62,890 nt of DNA, filler included, from Pristiophorus japonicus (GCF_044704955.1; 4 parts of 3 records of this genome joined end to end with filler, not necessarily neighbours in it), one strand, 5' to 3'. Positions 1 to 12,605 are shown, numbered from the whole stretch's first letter. Made by a program: numbers and translations. The notes: generated from the letters alone by a model not told the origin.

Positions 1-529
1 CATTTTTGCAGTAAAAACCCATTAAGCTAAGTTTATTTTTTAACATTGTTCAAACATGCAAAAAAACTTACAAAAATATATATTAATGTTAAATATGTGC
101 GGTGCTTTATTTGTTTATAATGCTGTGTTTGGGTGTTTTAGGGTTTTTCCCATTGATGGTAATGGGAGTGCGTACAAACAGAGTTCACATTTTTATCAAT
201 GGGAATGCTGCATGGTGATTGGCTGTCCAGGCCCACATGATTCCAGCATGTCCGTACGGACCTGAAAGGCATTTCCCTGAGCGCTGCACAGTGAATCTCG
301 GCCTCCGACTGGGTTCTTACCATCCTCCAGGACCAACAGGTCTTTTCGTAGAGTTATTGGGGGGTCGGAGGTGTTTGGGCAAATGACACCTCCAACCACA
401 ATCTCCTGCCCATGGTTCCCGCAGGCAGACTGGTCGGTAACCAGCGGACAGAGATTTAAGGTGATTGGCAGAAGAAATAGATGAAATGAGTAAACAATTT
501 TACGCAGCGAGTTGTTGTGAGCTGGAAGG

Positions 530-1630
530 GGGGAAAATGTGAGGTTATACACTGTGGCAGAAATAATAGAAAAGTAAATTACTATTTAAATGGAGAAAGA
601 TTGTAAAGTGCCGCAGTACAGCGGGCCCTGGGGGCCCTTGAAGCACAAAAGGTTAGTCTGCAGGTACAGCAAGTGATCAAGAAGGCCAATGGTATCTTGG
701 CCTTTATTGCAAAGGGGATGGAGTATAAAAGCAGGGAAGTCTTGCTCCAGTTATACAGGGTATTGGTGAGGCCACACCTGGAGTACTGCGTGCAGTTTTG
801 GTCCCCGTATTTAAGGAAGGATATACTTGTTTTGGAGGCTGTTCAGAGAAGGTTCACTCGGTTGATTCCGGGAATGAGGGGGTTGACTTATGAGGAAAGG
901 TTGAGTAGTTTGGGCCTCTACTCATTGGAGTCCATAAGAATGAGAGGTCACAGTCTAAGGATAAGGGGTAAGCCATTTAGGACCGAGATGAGGAGAAACT
1001 TCTTCGCCCAGAGAGTGGTGAACCTGTGGAATTCTCTACCACAGAAAGTTGTTGAGGCCAATTCACTAAATATATTCAATAAGGAGTTAGATGAAGTCCT
1101 TACTACTCGGGGGATCAAGGGGTATGGCGAGAAAACAGGAATGGGGGACTGAAGTTGCATGTTCAGCCATGAACTCATTGAATGGCGGTGCAGGCTCGAA
1201 AGGCCGAATGGCCTACTCCTGCACCTATTTTCCATGTTTCTATGTTTCTATGTTATTGAAACTTATAAGATTATGAGGGGGCTCGACAAGGAGGCTGCAG
1301 AGTGGATGTTCCCACTGATGGGGGAGACTAGAACTAGGGGGCATGGTCTTAGAATAAGAGGCCGCCCATTTAAAACTGAGATGAGGAGGAATTTCTTCTC
1401 TCAGAGGGTTGTAAATCTGTGGAATTCTCTGCCCCAGAGAGCTGTGGAGGCTGGGTCATTGAATATATTTAAGGTGGAGAGAGACAGATCTTTGAGCGAT
1501 AAGGGAGTGAAGGGTTATGGGGAGCGGGCGGGGAAGTGGAGCTGGGTCCATGATCGGATCAGCCATGATCGTATTAAATGGCGGAGCAGGCTCGAGGGGC
1601 CGAATGGCCGACTCCTGCTCCTATTTCTTA
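530..1630 (+). mobile_element. Composite CR1 LINE ORF2 3' fragments (one CR1 3' end nested in another)
   Basis: LVRPHLEYCVQFWSP, RRNFFxQRVVNLWNSLP and GYGEKxG motifs. A TTCTATGT tail at about 1235-1250 is followed by a resumed ORF2. Confidence 0.92.
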
Positions 1631-1689
1631 TGAAGGGCCATGGGGCTGTTTTACTTCATTAAAGGTGCTGTATAAATGCGTGTCAGTAG

Positions 1690-2370
1690 GGGGCATTGCA
1701 AGACCACTAATCTGACAGCTTCGTCGTGAATTTGCCATCATCCATTCCAAGCCTGAATTATCCCGGGAGAAGGACATTCGCGTGGGAGAGATCGGGCTAA
1801 TTGCCCAACTCACGCCCAGAGAATGTCCCTCAAGCTCTTACACCCGGTGAACGCAGGCACATAGCTTACTTTTACCAGTGTAAGAGTATTCAAAATATAA
1901 AAATTAAATTTAAATACACATTTTTGCAGTAAAAACCCATTAAGCTAAGTTTATTTTTTTACATTGTTCAAACACGCAAAAAAACTTACAAAAATATATA
2001 TTAATGTTAAATATGTGCGGTGCTTTATTTGTTTATAATGCTGTGTTTGGGTGTTTTAGGGTTTTTCCCATTGATGGTAATGGGAGTGCGTACAAACAGA
2101 GTTCACATTTTTATCAATGGGAATGCTGCATGGTGACTGGCTGTCCAGGCCCACGTGATTCCAGCATGTCCGTACGGACCTGAAAGGCATTTCCCCGAGC
2201 GCTGCACAGTGAATCTCGGCCTCCGACCGGGTTCTTACCGTCCTCCATGACCAACAGGTCTTTTCGTAGAGTTATTGGGGGGTCGGAGGTGTTTGGGCAA
2301 ATGACACCTCCAACCACAATCTCCTGCCCATGGTTCCCGCAGGCAGACTGGTCGGTAACCAGCGGACAGA
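1690..2370. mobile_element. Putative non-autonomous interspersed repeat (MITE-like); partial copy at 1-450
   Basis: Non-coding GC-rich ends around an AT-rich centre, lying between LINE fragments. Termini not resolved. Confidence 0.3.
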
Positions 2371-2449
2371 GATTTAAGGTGATTGGCAGAAGAAATAGAT
2401 GAAATGAGTAAACAATTTTACGCAGCAAGTTGTTGTGATCTGGAAGGGG

Positions 2450-3555
2450 GGAAAATGTGAGGTTATACACTGTCGCAGAAATAATAGAAAAGTAAATTAC
2501 TATTTAAATGGAGAAAGATTGTAAAGTGCCGCAGTACAGCGGGACCTGGGGGCCCTTGAAGCACAAAAGGTTAGTCTGCAGGTACAGCAAGTGATCAAGA
2601 AGGCCAATGGTATCTTGGCCATTATTGCAAAGGGGATGGAGTATAAAAGCAGGGAAGTCTTGCTCCAGTTATACAGGGTATTGGTGAGGCCACACCTGGA
2701 GTACTGCGTGCAGTTTTGGTCCCCGTATTTAAGGAAGGATATACTTGCTTTGGAGGCTGTTCAGAGAAGGTTCACTCGGTTGATTCCGGGGATGAGGGGG
2801 TTGACTTATGAGGAAAGGTTGAGTAGTTTGGGCCTCTACTCATTGGAGTCCATAAGAATGAGAGGTCACAGTCTAAGGATAAGGGGTAAGCCATTTAGGA
2901 CCGAGATGAGGAGAAACTTCTTCACCCAGAGAGTGGTGAACCTATGGAATTCTCTACCACAGAAAGTTGTTGAGGCCAATTCACTAAATATATTCAATAA
3001 GGAGTTAGATGAAGTCCTTACTACTCGGGGCATCAAGGGGTATGGCGAGAAAGCAGGAATGGGGTACTGAAGTTGCATGTTCAGCCATGAACTCATTGAA
3101 TGGCGGTGCAGGCTCGAAGGGCCGAATGACCTACTCCTGCTCCTATTTTCCATGTTTCTATGTTTCTATGTTATTGAAACTTATAAGATTATGAGGGGGC
3201 TCGACAAGGTGGATGCAGAGAGGATGTTTCCACTAATGGGGGAGACTAGAACTAGGGGGCATGGTCTCAGAATAAGGGGCCGCCCATTTAAAACTGAGAT
3301 AAGGAGGAATTTCTTCTCTCAGAGGGTTGTAAATCTGTGGCATTCTCTGCCCCAGAGAGCTGTGGAGGCTGGGTCATTGAATATATTTAAGGGGGAGATA
3401 GACAGATTTTTGGGCGATAAGGGAGTGAAGGGTTATGGGGAGCGGGTGGGGAAGTGGAGCTGAGTCCATGATCGGATCAGCCATGATGGTATTAAATGGC
3501 GGAGCAGGCTCGAGGGGCCGAATGGCCGACTCCTGCTCCTATTTCTGATGTTCTT
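2450..3555 (+). mobile_element. Composite CR1 LINE ORF2 3' fragments (duplicate copy)
   Basis: Same motifs and nesting as 530-1630. Confidence 0.92.
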
Positions 3556-3840
3556 ATGGAACACGCTGCCTGAAAGGGCGGTGGGAGCAGATTCAATCCA
3601 AACTTCCAAACCGGGAATTGGATGAAAATTTGAATTGGAAACATTAGCAGGGCTGTGGGGAGAGGGCGGGAGAGTGGGATTATTTGGATAACTGTGCCCA
3701 AGAGCTAGCTTCAGTGAATTTAAATTTCAGTCAATGGTGCTCACAAGCTAACTCTGTTAGTGATGTTAAACCGACTGAAAATGTTGACTGTTGTAACATT
3801 AATACATCTGATTAACACTGAACTTGAAATCTGCCCAACA

Positions 3841-5251
3841 CAAAGCCAGTATATCCTTCCTTAAGTAAGGTGACCAAAACTGCACGCAGTACTCCAGGTG
3901 CGGCCTCCCGAATACCCTGTACAGTTGCAGCAGGACCTCCCTGCTTTTGTACTGTCAGGCTATGTAAGAATTTTGAATGTTTCAATGAGATCACCCCATT
4001 CTTCTAAACTCGAGAGAATATCGGCCTAGTCTACTCAATCTCTCCTCATAGGACTATCGCCCCATCCCAGGAATCAGTCTGGTGAACCTTCACTACACTC
4101 CCTCTGTGGTAAGTATATCCTTCCTTAGGTAAGGAGACCCAAACTGTACACAATACTCCAGGTGTGGCCTCACCAAGGCCCTGTGTAATCGCAGTAATTG
4201 ATAGTACGATTAAAATTGTTGATGTACAAGAGGCCAGTATTTAAGATTGCAGCGATCTCAGAGGGTCACCCGAGTAAGTCACATCCTGACGTATATAACA
4301 ACATCAGAAATAGGAGCAGGAGTTGGCCATTCGGCCCCTCGAGCCTGCTCCGCCATTTAATACGATCATGGCTGATCCGATCATGGACTCAGCTCCACTT
4401 CCCCGCCCGCTCCCCATAACCCTTCACTCCCTTATCGCCCAAAAATCTGTCTATCTCCACCTTAAATATATTCAATGACCCAACCTCCACAGCTCTCTGG
4501 GGCAGAGAATTCCACAGATTTACAACCCTCTGGGAGAAGAAATTCCTCCTCGTCTCAGTTCTAAATGCGATGGTATTGAAGACCAGGAGTAAGGGACATG
4601 GGTCAGATTAAGTAATGGGCCGTGTGGTTGAAAGGCTGAACGAAAAGAAATGGTCTCAAAATGCAAATTGATGATGTTGATCAGATGAAGGAAGAGGCAG
4701 GTTTTTGGGGGGTGGTTACACTTGCCCGAGAAAGGAAATGGATGTCCCCTATTATCAATTTCAAAATTCTTATCCTTGTTTTCAAATCCCTCCCTGTTTC
4801 TCGGTCACTTCCTTCAGACCTACAACCCTCTGAGATCGCTGCAATCTTAAATACTGGCCTCTTGTGCATCAACAATTTTAATCGTACTATCAATTACTGC
4901 GATTACACAGGGCCTTGGTGAGGCCACACCTGGAGTATTGTGTACAGTTTGGGTCTCCTTACCTAAGGAAGGATATACTTACCACAGAGGGAGTGTAGCG
5001 AAGGTTCACCAGACTGATTCCTGGGATGGGGCGATTGTCCTATGAGGAGAGATTGAGTAGACTAGGCCGATATTCTCTAGAGTTTAGAAGAATGAGAGGG
5101 GATCTCATTGAAACATTCAAAATTCTTACATAGCCTGACAGTACAAAAGCAGGGAGGTCCTGCTGCAACTGTACATGGTATTCGGGAGGCCGCACCTGGA
5201 GTACTGCGTGCAGTTTTGGTCACCTTACTTAAGGAAGGATATACTAGCTTT
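3841..5251. repeat. Inverted duplication of about 425 bp (3841-4267 vs 4825-5251)
   Basis: The arms are reverse complements, including the L2|CR1|CR1 junctions. Mirror ORFs MIVRLKLLM... (4198+/4893-) and KHSKFLHSLTVQKQGG (3994-/5108+). Confidence 0.9.
4297..4566 (-). mobile_element. CR1 LINE 3' end
   Basis: Reverse complement of the RRNFFSQRVVNLWNSLP...GYGERAGKWS segment plus the 3' UTR. Confidence 0.88.
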
Positions 5252-6115
5252 GGAGGGGGTACAGAGACGATTCACGCGGCTGATTCCGGAGATGAGGGGG
5301 TTACCTTATGATGATAGATTGAGTAGACTGGGTCTTTACTCGTTGGAGTTCAGAAGGATGAGGGGTAATCTTATAGAAACATTTAAAATAATGAAAGGGA
5401 TAGACAAGATAGAGGCAGAGAGGTTGTTTCCACTGGTCGGGGAGACTAGAACTAGGGGGCACAGCCTCAAAATACGTGGGAGCCAATTTAAAACCGAGTT
5501 GAGAAGGAATTTCTTCTCCCAGAGGGTTGTGAATCTGTGGAATTCTCTGCCCAAGGAAGCAGTTGAGGCTAGCTCATTGAATGTATTCAAGTCACAGATA
5601 GGTAGATTTTTAACCAATAAGGGAATTAAGGGTTACGGGGAGAGGGCGGGTAAGTGGAGCTGAGTCCACGGCCAGATCAGCCATGATCTTGCTGAATGGC
5701 GGAGCAGGCTCGAGGGGCTAGATGGCCTACTCCTGTTCCTAATTCTTATGTTCTTATGTTCTTATGACAGGGTAGATTCCGGGAGGGTGTTTCTTCCGGG
5801 CTGGGGAGTCGAGAACCAGGGTCACTGTCTCAGGATAAGGGGGCGGCTGTTTAGGACTGAGATGAGGAGAAACTTCATCACTCAGAGAATTGTGAACCTG
5901 TGGAATTCTCTACCACAGAGAGTTGTTGAGGCCAGTTCGTTCGATATATTCAAAAGGGAGTTAGATGTGGCCCTTATGGCTAAAGGGATCAGGGGGTATC
6001 GAGAGAAAGCAGGAATGGGGTACTGAGGGAATGATCAGCCATGATCTTATTGAATGGTGGTGCAGGCTCGAAGGGCCGAATGGCCTACTCCTGCACCTAT
6101 TTTCTATGTTTCTAT
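4894..6115 (+). mobile_element. Three stacked CR1 ORF2 3' fragments
   Basis: ORFs 5175-5663 and 5748-6026. (TTCTTATG)n tail at about 5743-5766 and (TTCTATGT)n tail at about 6100-6115. Confidence 0.92.
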
Positions 6116-7725
6116 GATCTCTCGCCGCTCCTCCGCCCGGATCTCTCGCCGCTCCTCCGCCCCGATCACTCGCCGCTCCTCCGCCCCGATCTCTCGATAC
6201 TCCTCCGCCCCGATCTCTCGCCGCTCCTCCGCCCCGATCTGTCGATACTCCTCCGCCCCGATCTCTCAGCGCTCCTCCGCCCCGATCTCTCGCCGCTCCC
6301 CCGCCCCGATCTCTCGATACTCCTCCGCCCCGATCTCTCGATACTCCTCCGCCCCGATCTCTCGATACTCCTCCGCCCCGATCTCTCGATACTCCTCCGC
6401 CCCGATCTCTCGATACTCCTCCGCCCCGATCTCTCGATACTCCTCCGCCCCGATCTCTCGATACTCCTCCGCCCCGATCTCTCGATACTCCTCCGCCCCG
6501 ATCTCTCGCCGCTCCTCCACCCCGATCTCTCGCCGCTCCTCCGCCCCGATCTCTCGCCGCTCCTCCGCCCCGATCTCTCGCCGTTCCTCCGCCCCGATCT
6601 CTCGATACTCCTCCGCCCCGATCTCTCGCCCCTCCTCCGCCCCGATCTCTCGCCCCTCCTCCGCCCCGATCTCTCGCCGTTCCTCCGCCCCGATCTCTCG
6701 ATACTCCTCCGCCCCGATCTCTCGCCGCTCCTCCGCCCCGATCTCTCGATACTCCTCCGCCCCGATCTCTCGCCGCTCCTCCGCCACAATCTCGCGCCGC
6801 TCCTCCGCCCCGATCTCTCGATACTCCTCCGCCCCGATCTCTCGATACTCCTCCGCCCCCGATCTCTCGCCGCTCCTCCGCCCCGATCTCTCGCCGCTCC
6901 TCCGCCCCGATCTCTCGATACTCCTCCGCCCAGATCTCTCGCCGCTCCTCCGCCCCGATCTCTCGATACTCCTCCGCCCAGATCTCTCGCCGCTCCTCCG
7001 CCCCGATCTCTCGCCCCTCCTCCGCCCCGATCTCTCGATACTCCTCCGCCCCGATCTCTCGATACTCCTCCGCCCCGATCTCTCGATACTCCTCCGCCCC
7101 GATCTCTCGATACTCCTCCGCCCCGATCTCTCGATACTCCTCCGCCCCGATCTCTCGATACTCCTCCGCCCCGATCTCTCGCCGCTCCTCCGCCCCGATC
7201 CCTCGATACTCCTCCGCCCCGATCTCTCGCCCCTCCTCCGCCCCGATCTCTCGATACTCCTCCGCCCCGATCTCTCGCCGCTCCTCCGCCCCGATCTCTC
7301 GATACTCCTCCGCCCCGATCTCTCGCCCCTCCTCCGCCCCGATCTCTCGCCGCTCCTCCACCCCGATCTCTCGATACTCCTCCGCCCCGATCTCTCGCCG
7401 CTCCTCCGCCCCGATCTCTCGATACTCCTCCGCCCCGATCTCTCGCCGCTCCTCCGCCCCGATCTCTCGCCGCTCCTCCGCCCCGATCTCTCGCCGCTCC
7501 TCCGCCCCGATCTCGTGCCGCTCCTCCGCCCCGATCTCTCGATACTCCTCCGCCCCGATCTCTCGATACTCCTCCGCCCCGATCTCTCGATACTCCTCCG
7601 CCCCGATCTCTCGATACTCCTCCGCCCCGATCTCTCGATACTCCTCCGCCCCGATCTCTCGCCGCTCCTCCGCCCCGATCTCTCGCCGCTCCTCCGCCTC
7701 GATCTCTTGCCGTTCCTCCGCACCA
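6116..7725. repeat. GC-rich 24-bp minisatellite, about 67 units, two main variants
   Basis: Unit GATCTCTCG(ATA/CCG)CTCCTCCGCCCC. Translations show 8-aa periodicity in all frames. Confidence 0.97.
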
Positions 7726-8046
7726 ATCATTCGCTGAACCTCTCTAAGGCCTTGATATCCTTCCTAAAGTGCGATGCCCAGAACTGGAGAACGACTCCAG
7801 CTGAGGCTGAACCAGGGACTTGTAGAAGCTAAAGTCTCTGGAATGGGACTTGAACCCACAACCTCCTGAATTAGAGGCAAGACTGAGCCACGGGGACACT
7901 ATGGGCCTTGGACAGGGCACAGCACACATTCACCAGACTGATACCCGGCCTAAAAGGGTTAAACTATTAGGGACCGGTTATGTAGACTATATTCCCTCGA
8001 GTATAGCTGATTAAGGGGTGCCCTGAATTGAAATGTTTAAGATGGT

Positions 8047-8500
8047 CACCTGGAGTACTGGGCTCAGTTCTGGTCTCTTTACCTAAGGAAGGATATACTT
8101 GCCATCGAGGGAGTGTAGCGAAGGTTCACCAGACTGATTCCTGGGATGAGGGCTGACCTATCAGGAGAGATCGAGTAGACTGGGCCTAAATTTTCTGCAG
8201 TTTAGAAGAATGAGAGGGGATCTCATTGAAACAGACACAATTCTTACAGGGCCTGACAGGGTAGATGCAGGAAGGGTGTTTCCCCCGGGCTGGGGAGTCT
8301 AGAACCAGGGGTCACAGTCTCAGGTTTAGGACTGAGATGAGGAGAAATTTCTTCACTCAGAGGGGGGTGAATCTTTGGAATTCTCTGCCCCAGAGGGCCG
8401 TGGGGGCTCAGTCTCTGAGTATATTCAAGGCTGAGATCGATAGAAATTTGGAAATTAAGGGAATCGAGGGATATGGGGATAGTACAGGAAAGTGCAGTTG
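8047..8500 (+). mobile_element. CR1 ORF2 3' fragment
   Basis: ORF 8265-8501 contains RRNFFTQRGVNLWNSLP. Confidence 0.85.
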
Positions 8501-8502
8501 AG

Positions 8503-9290
8503 AACATACGAACATAAGAAATAGGAGCAGGAGTCGGCCATTCGGCCCCTCGAGCCTGCTCCGCCATTTAAAACGATCATGGCTGATCCGATCATGGACT
8601 CAGCTCCACTTCCCCGCCCGCTCCCCATAACCCTTCACTCCCTTATCGCTCAAAAATCTGTCTATCTCCGCCTTAAATATATTCAATGACCCAGCCTCCA
8701 CAGCTCTCTGGGGCAGAGAATTCCACACATTTACAACCCTTTGAGAGAAGAAATTCCTCCTCATCTCAGTTTTAAATGGGCGGCCCCTTATTCTGAGACC
8801 ATGCCCCCTAGTTCTAGTCTCCCCCATCAGTGGGAACATCCTCTCTGCATCCACCTTGTCGAGCTCCCTCATAATCTGATACGTTTCGATAAGATCACCT
8901 CTCATTCTTCTGAACTCCAATGAGTAGAGGCCCAACCTCCTCAACCTTTCCTCATAAGTCAACCCCCTCATCTCCGGAATCAACCGAGTGAACCTTCTCT
9001 GAACTGCCTCCAAAGCAAGTATATCCTTCCTTAAATATGGAAACCAAAACTGCATGCAGTACTCCAGGTGTGGCCTCACCGATACCCTCTATAACTGGAG
9101 CAAGACTTCCCTGCTTTTATACTCCACCCCCTTTGCAATAAAGGCCAAGATACCATTGGCCTTCCTGATCACTTGCTGTACCTGCAGACTAACCTTTTGT
9201 GTTTCATGCACAGCTAACCCCCAGGTCCCTCTGTACTGCGGCACTTTGCAATCTTTCTCCATTTAAATAATAACTTGCTCTTCGATTTTT
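8503..9290 (-). mobile_element. CR1 ORF2 3' fragment with tail
   Basis: ORF 8600-9079 reads RPHLEYCMQFW...GYGERAGKWS. Confidence 0.92.
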
Positions 9291-9639
9291 CTGTGAGATA
9301 GAAGATCAGCCATGAGCTTATTAAATGGCGGAGCAGGCTCGAGGGGCCGAATGGCCGACTCCTGCTCCTGTTTCTGATGTTCTTGTGTCATTGGCAGTCG
9401 AACTTTCAGCTGCTTGTAATAACAATAACAACTGGTATTTATAGAGCGCCTTTAACGTGGTGAAACGTCCTGAAGCGCTTCACAGGAGTGTTACGAGACA
9501 AAGAATTTGACACTGGCTCTAAACTGTGGAATTGGTGTGTTGAGTAAGAGAGTGTGTGTGGATTCACATTGTTTATATACAGGATACCTGGGAATCAGGA
9601 GTTGCAGGCGGGAATCTAATCGAGGGGTTCACATGGGTT

Positions 9640-10047
9640 ATATACAGATTTGGTGGGTGATCGTGACGGAGGAACGGCGAGTGTTTGGTGCGGAGGTGCG
9701 GCGGGAGATCGTGGCGAATGAGGGTACGGGGACCAGGAGAGGCCAGGGCCCAGGGGGCAGCACGGGCCCAGCCCACACTGTGTGATATGTGCGCGCACTG
9801 GGTCCGTGCAGCAGAGCTGGTCTCCAGTCGTCCTGGTTAACCCTTGCCCCTGGACCGAGACCTCGCTCTGTCAAGCCCCGTGTGGTGGCTGGTGTACAAC
9901 GGTCACCCCACGTTAAAACAATCCACCCACAGGTATCTTCCACCCCTGGAGCTCAGGACTGGAACATCGGCTCCTTCATCAAAACATCTGTGAACCCCTG
10001 TGGAAGCAAGTCATCCTCGTTCGAGCGACCACCTCTGATGATGATGG
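9640..10047 (+). mobile_element. Short non-autonomous RTE-derived element (RTE 5' UTR fused to RTE 3' tail)
   Basis: 9805-9945 aligns by eye with the RTE 5' region at 49935-50070. It ends GGAAGCAAGTCATCCTC...(GAT)n, like the RTE 3' end at about 53706. Confidence 0.7.
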
Positions 10048-10250
10048 TGGCCAATATGTATCTCAATACATCACTAAAACCAGATTATCTGAGCATTGTG
10101 ACATTACTGTGTGTGTGGGAGCTTGCTGTGCACAAATTGGCTGCTGCGTTTCCCACATTACAACAGTGACTACACTTCAAAAGTACTTAGTTGTCTGTGC
10201 AGCATCTTGGGCCGACTGGTGGCCGTGAAAGTCGCTATTTAAATGCAATC
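10048..10250 (+). mobile_element. DeuSINE (SacSINE1/AmnSINE1-like) 3' half
   Basis: GGGAGCTTGCTGTGCACAAATTGGCTGC...CAGTGACTACACTTCAAAAGTACTT, shared with the other DeuSINE copies in the window. Confidence 0.75.
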
Positions 10251-10409
10251 CTTGTGTTTTTGCTGAGGCCATAAGTCAGGAATTCTTAAACCTCTCTCTC
10301 TCCTCCTTTAAGATGCTCCTTAGAACCTGTCTCTGTGGCTGAGCTTTTGGTCATCTGACCTAATAAGTCGGCTCGAGTGGCCATGTGACCTACTCCTGCT
10401 CTTATTTCT

Positions 10410-10830
10410 TGTGTTCTTTTAAAAATGATATCGAGGCACTGGAGAGGGTGCGGCAAAGATTTACAAGGATAATACCAGATATGCGAGGGTATACATATCA
10501 GGAAAGGATGAACAGGCTGGGTCTCGTTCCTCTTGAAAATAGAAGGCTGAGGGGTGATCTAATCGAGGTCTTTAAAGTGATGAAAGGTTTCGATAGAGTT
10601 GATACAGAGAGAACGTTTCCACTCGTGGGGAAGAGCAGAACTTGTGGACAATGTGGCCCTGCCCAGCGGAGCTGGTCGAGTGTGGTCAGTGCTTCGATGC
10701 TGGGGATGTTGGGCCTGGTCGAGGACGCTAACGTTGGTGCGTCTGTCCTCCCGGGGGGATTTGCGGGATCTGGCGGAGACAGCGTTGGTGGTATTTCTCC
10801 AGCGACTTCAGGTGTCTGCTGTACATGGCC
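10410..10830. mobile_element. CR1 fragment (+, about 10410-10645) fused to RTE fragment (-, about 10645-10830)
   Basis: ALERVRQRFTRIIP...RRLRGDLIEVFK on the plus strand and PSIEALTTLDQLRWAGH on the minus strand. Confidence 0.8.
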
Positions 10831-11829
10831 CACGCGCAAAATTAATGTAAGTTGTTGCTGGTTAAGCTGTTGTTGCTTCGTGCAATGTCAAATGGAGTAG
10901 TTACTGCCTGCAGCTCACCACTCCGAAACTTCATTTGAAGAGAAGAGTTTCGAGAGCTGCAGTCGACGCGGAATTTGGGTTTTCTGCACTTTTTGCAAGT
11001 TGCACGACGCCTTCTTGCGGTGTAACTGAATGCCGCCTGTCACAGCTGATGAGTGATCTCAGCCTTTGCAGCCCAGTGGAAAGAAAGCCACATCAAATGC
11101 TCTCTTGGAGGATGGGGCGGGGTATTTTTTTAAACTTTCCACTTCCGCGCGGCTGTCAATAACACCTGTGACTCCACCTTCTCTCAGCCTGACCTACTTG
11201 GACCGTCGGAAAAACATCTGCGTTTTTGCCTCTGAGTTTCCATTGTTCGCCCAGCCCACTTCCTGCAAACACTTTGTCTAAGTAGGTCAGAGTCACATTC
11301 GATCATCGAGCAGCAAGTTACAAATCGCCTGGCCTACTTTCAAACTAGCAAAGATGTTCCTGAGCATTATCACAAGCGACAGAGGTCACTGGCAGCGAAC
11401 CCGGTTTAGCCTCAGAAAATAGAGAATAATGGCGTGCATTGATACTTGCAAACATTTTTTTCTCACAACAGTTTCCACGTAACTCACTGCTAGCAATAAT
11501 ACGATGACCAGCTCCTCTTGTGTCTGTAGGCTGCTGCTGACTTAATCCTTTCAGTAACTGAGACACCGCATATCATTTAATTGGACAGCAGATCTCCCTC
11601 TGTCTTGGTTTCTTCAAGAAACACAATCTCATGGTCGTTGTCCAGCGTGACTGGCATTAAATGTGCACAAGGCTTTATGGAGTTGTCACTTTTGTTTGCT
11701 TGTTTATTGATTTTTTATTGATTTATTTGAAATGTGGGCGTCGCTGGCAAGGCCGGCATTTCTTGCCCGTCCCTAATCTCCCCGCGAGAAGGTGGTGGTG
11801 AGCCGCCTTCTTGAACCGCTGCAGTCCGT

Positions 11830-12605
11830 GTGGCAAAGGTGCTCCAGTGCGCCAACGCAGCCTTCGGTCGCCTGAGGAAGAGAGTGTTCGAAGACCAGGC
11901 CCTCAAATCCACCACCCAGCTCACGGTCTACAGGGCTGTAGTGATACCCGCCCTCCTGTATGGCTCAGAGACACGGACCATGTACAGTAGGCACCTCAAG
12001 TCGCTGGAGAAATACCACCAACGCTGTCTCTGCAAGATCCTGCAAATCCCCCGGGAGGACATTATCACCATAAGCAGTCCCTCGGAATCGAGGAAGACTT
12101 GCTTCCACTCTAACAGTGAGTTCTCAGGTGACTGAACAGTCTAATACAGGAACCACAGTCCCTGTCACAGGTGGGACAGACAGTGGTTGAGGGAAGGGGA
12201 GGGTGGGACTGGTTTGCCGCACGCTCCTTCCGCTGCCTGCGCTTGCTTTCTGCACGCTCTCGGCGACGAGACTCGAGGTGCTCAGCGCCCTCCCGGATGC
12301 ACTTCCTCCAGTTAGGGCGGACTGGTCTTTGGGCCAGGGACTCCCAGGTGTCGGTGGGGATGTTGCACTTTATCAGGGAGGGCTTTGCGGGTGGTCCCTT
12401 GTAACGTTTCCTCTGCCCACCTGGGGCTCACTCCAACAAACGCACCAACGTTAGCGTCCTCGACCAGGCCAACATCCCCAGCATCGAAGCACTGACCACA
12501 CTCGACCAGCTCCGCTGGGCAGGGCCACATTGTCCGCATGTCCCCAGACACGAGACTCCCAAAGCAAGCGCTCTACTCGGAACTCCTTCACGGCAAGCGA
12601 GCCCC
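11830..12605. mobile_element. RTE-clade LINE 3' fragments: plus-strand copy interrupted by a minus-strand 3' end (about 12062-12425)
   Basis: AFGRLRKRVF...YRAVVIPALLYGSET...YHQRCLCKIL, then LDQLRWAGHIVRM. Reverse RTE tail at about 12062-12110. Confidence 0.85.

Larger units (their letters stand above)
1..3545. repeat. Direct tandem duplication, period 1918 bp (1-1627 vs 1919-3545)
   Basis: CATTTTTGCAGTAAAAACCC occurs at 1 and 1919. Paired near-identical ORFs 196-552/2114-2470 and 673-1152/2591-3070 are offset by 1918. Confidence 0.95.

Noticed and set aside
5961-7832. Long ORFs (486-592 aa) on both strands, or a CRISPR-like array
   Set aside because: They arise from a stop-free 24-bp minisatellite. 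There are no unique spacers and no cas genes.
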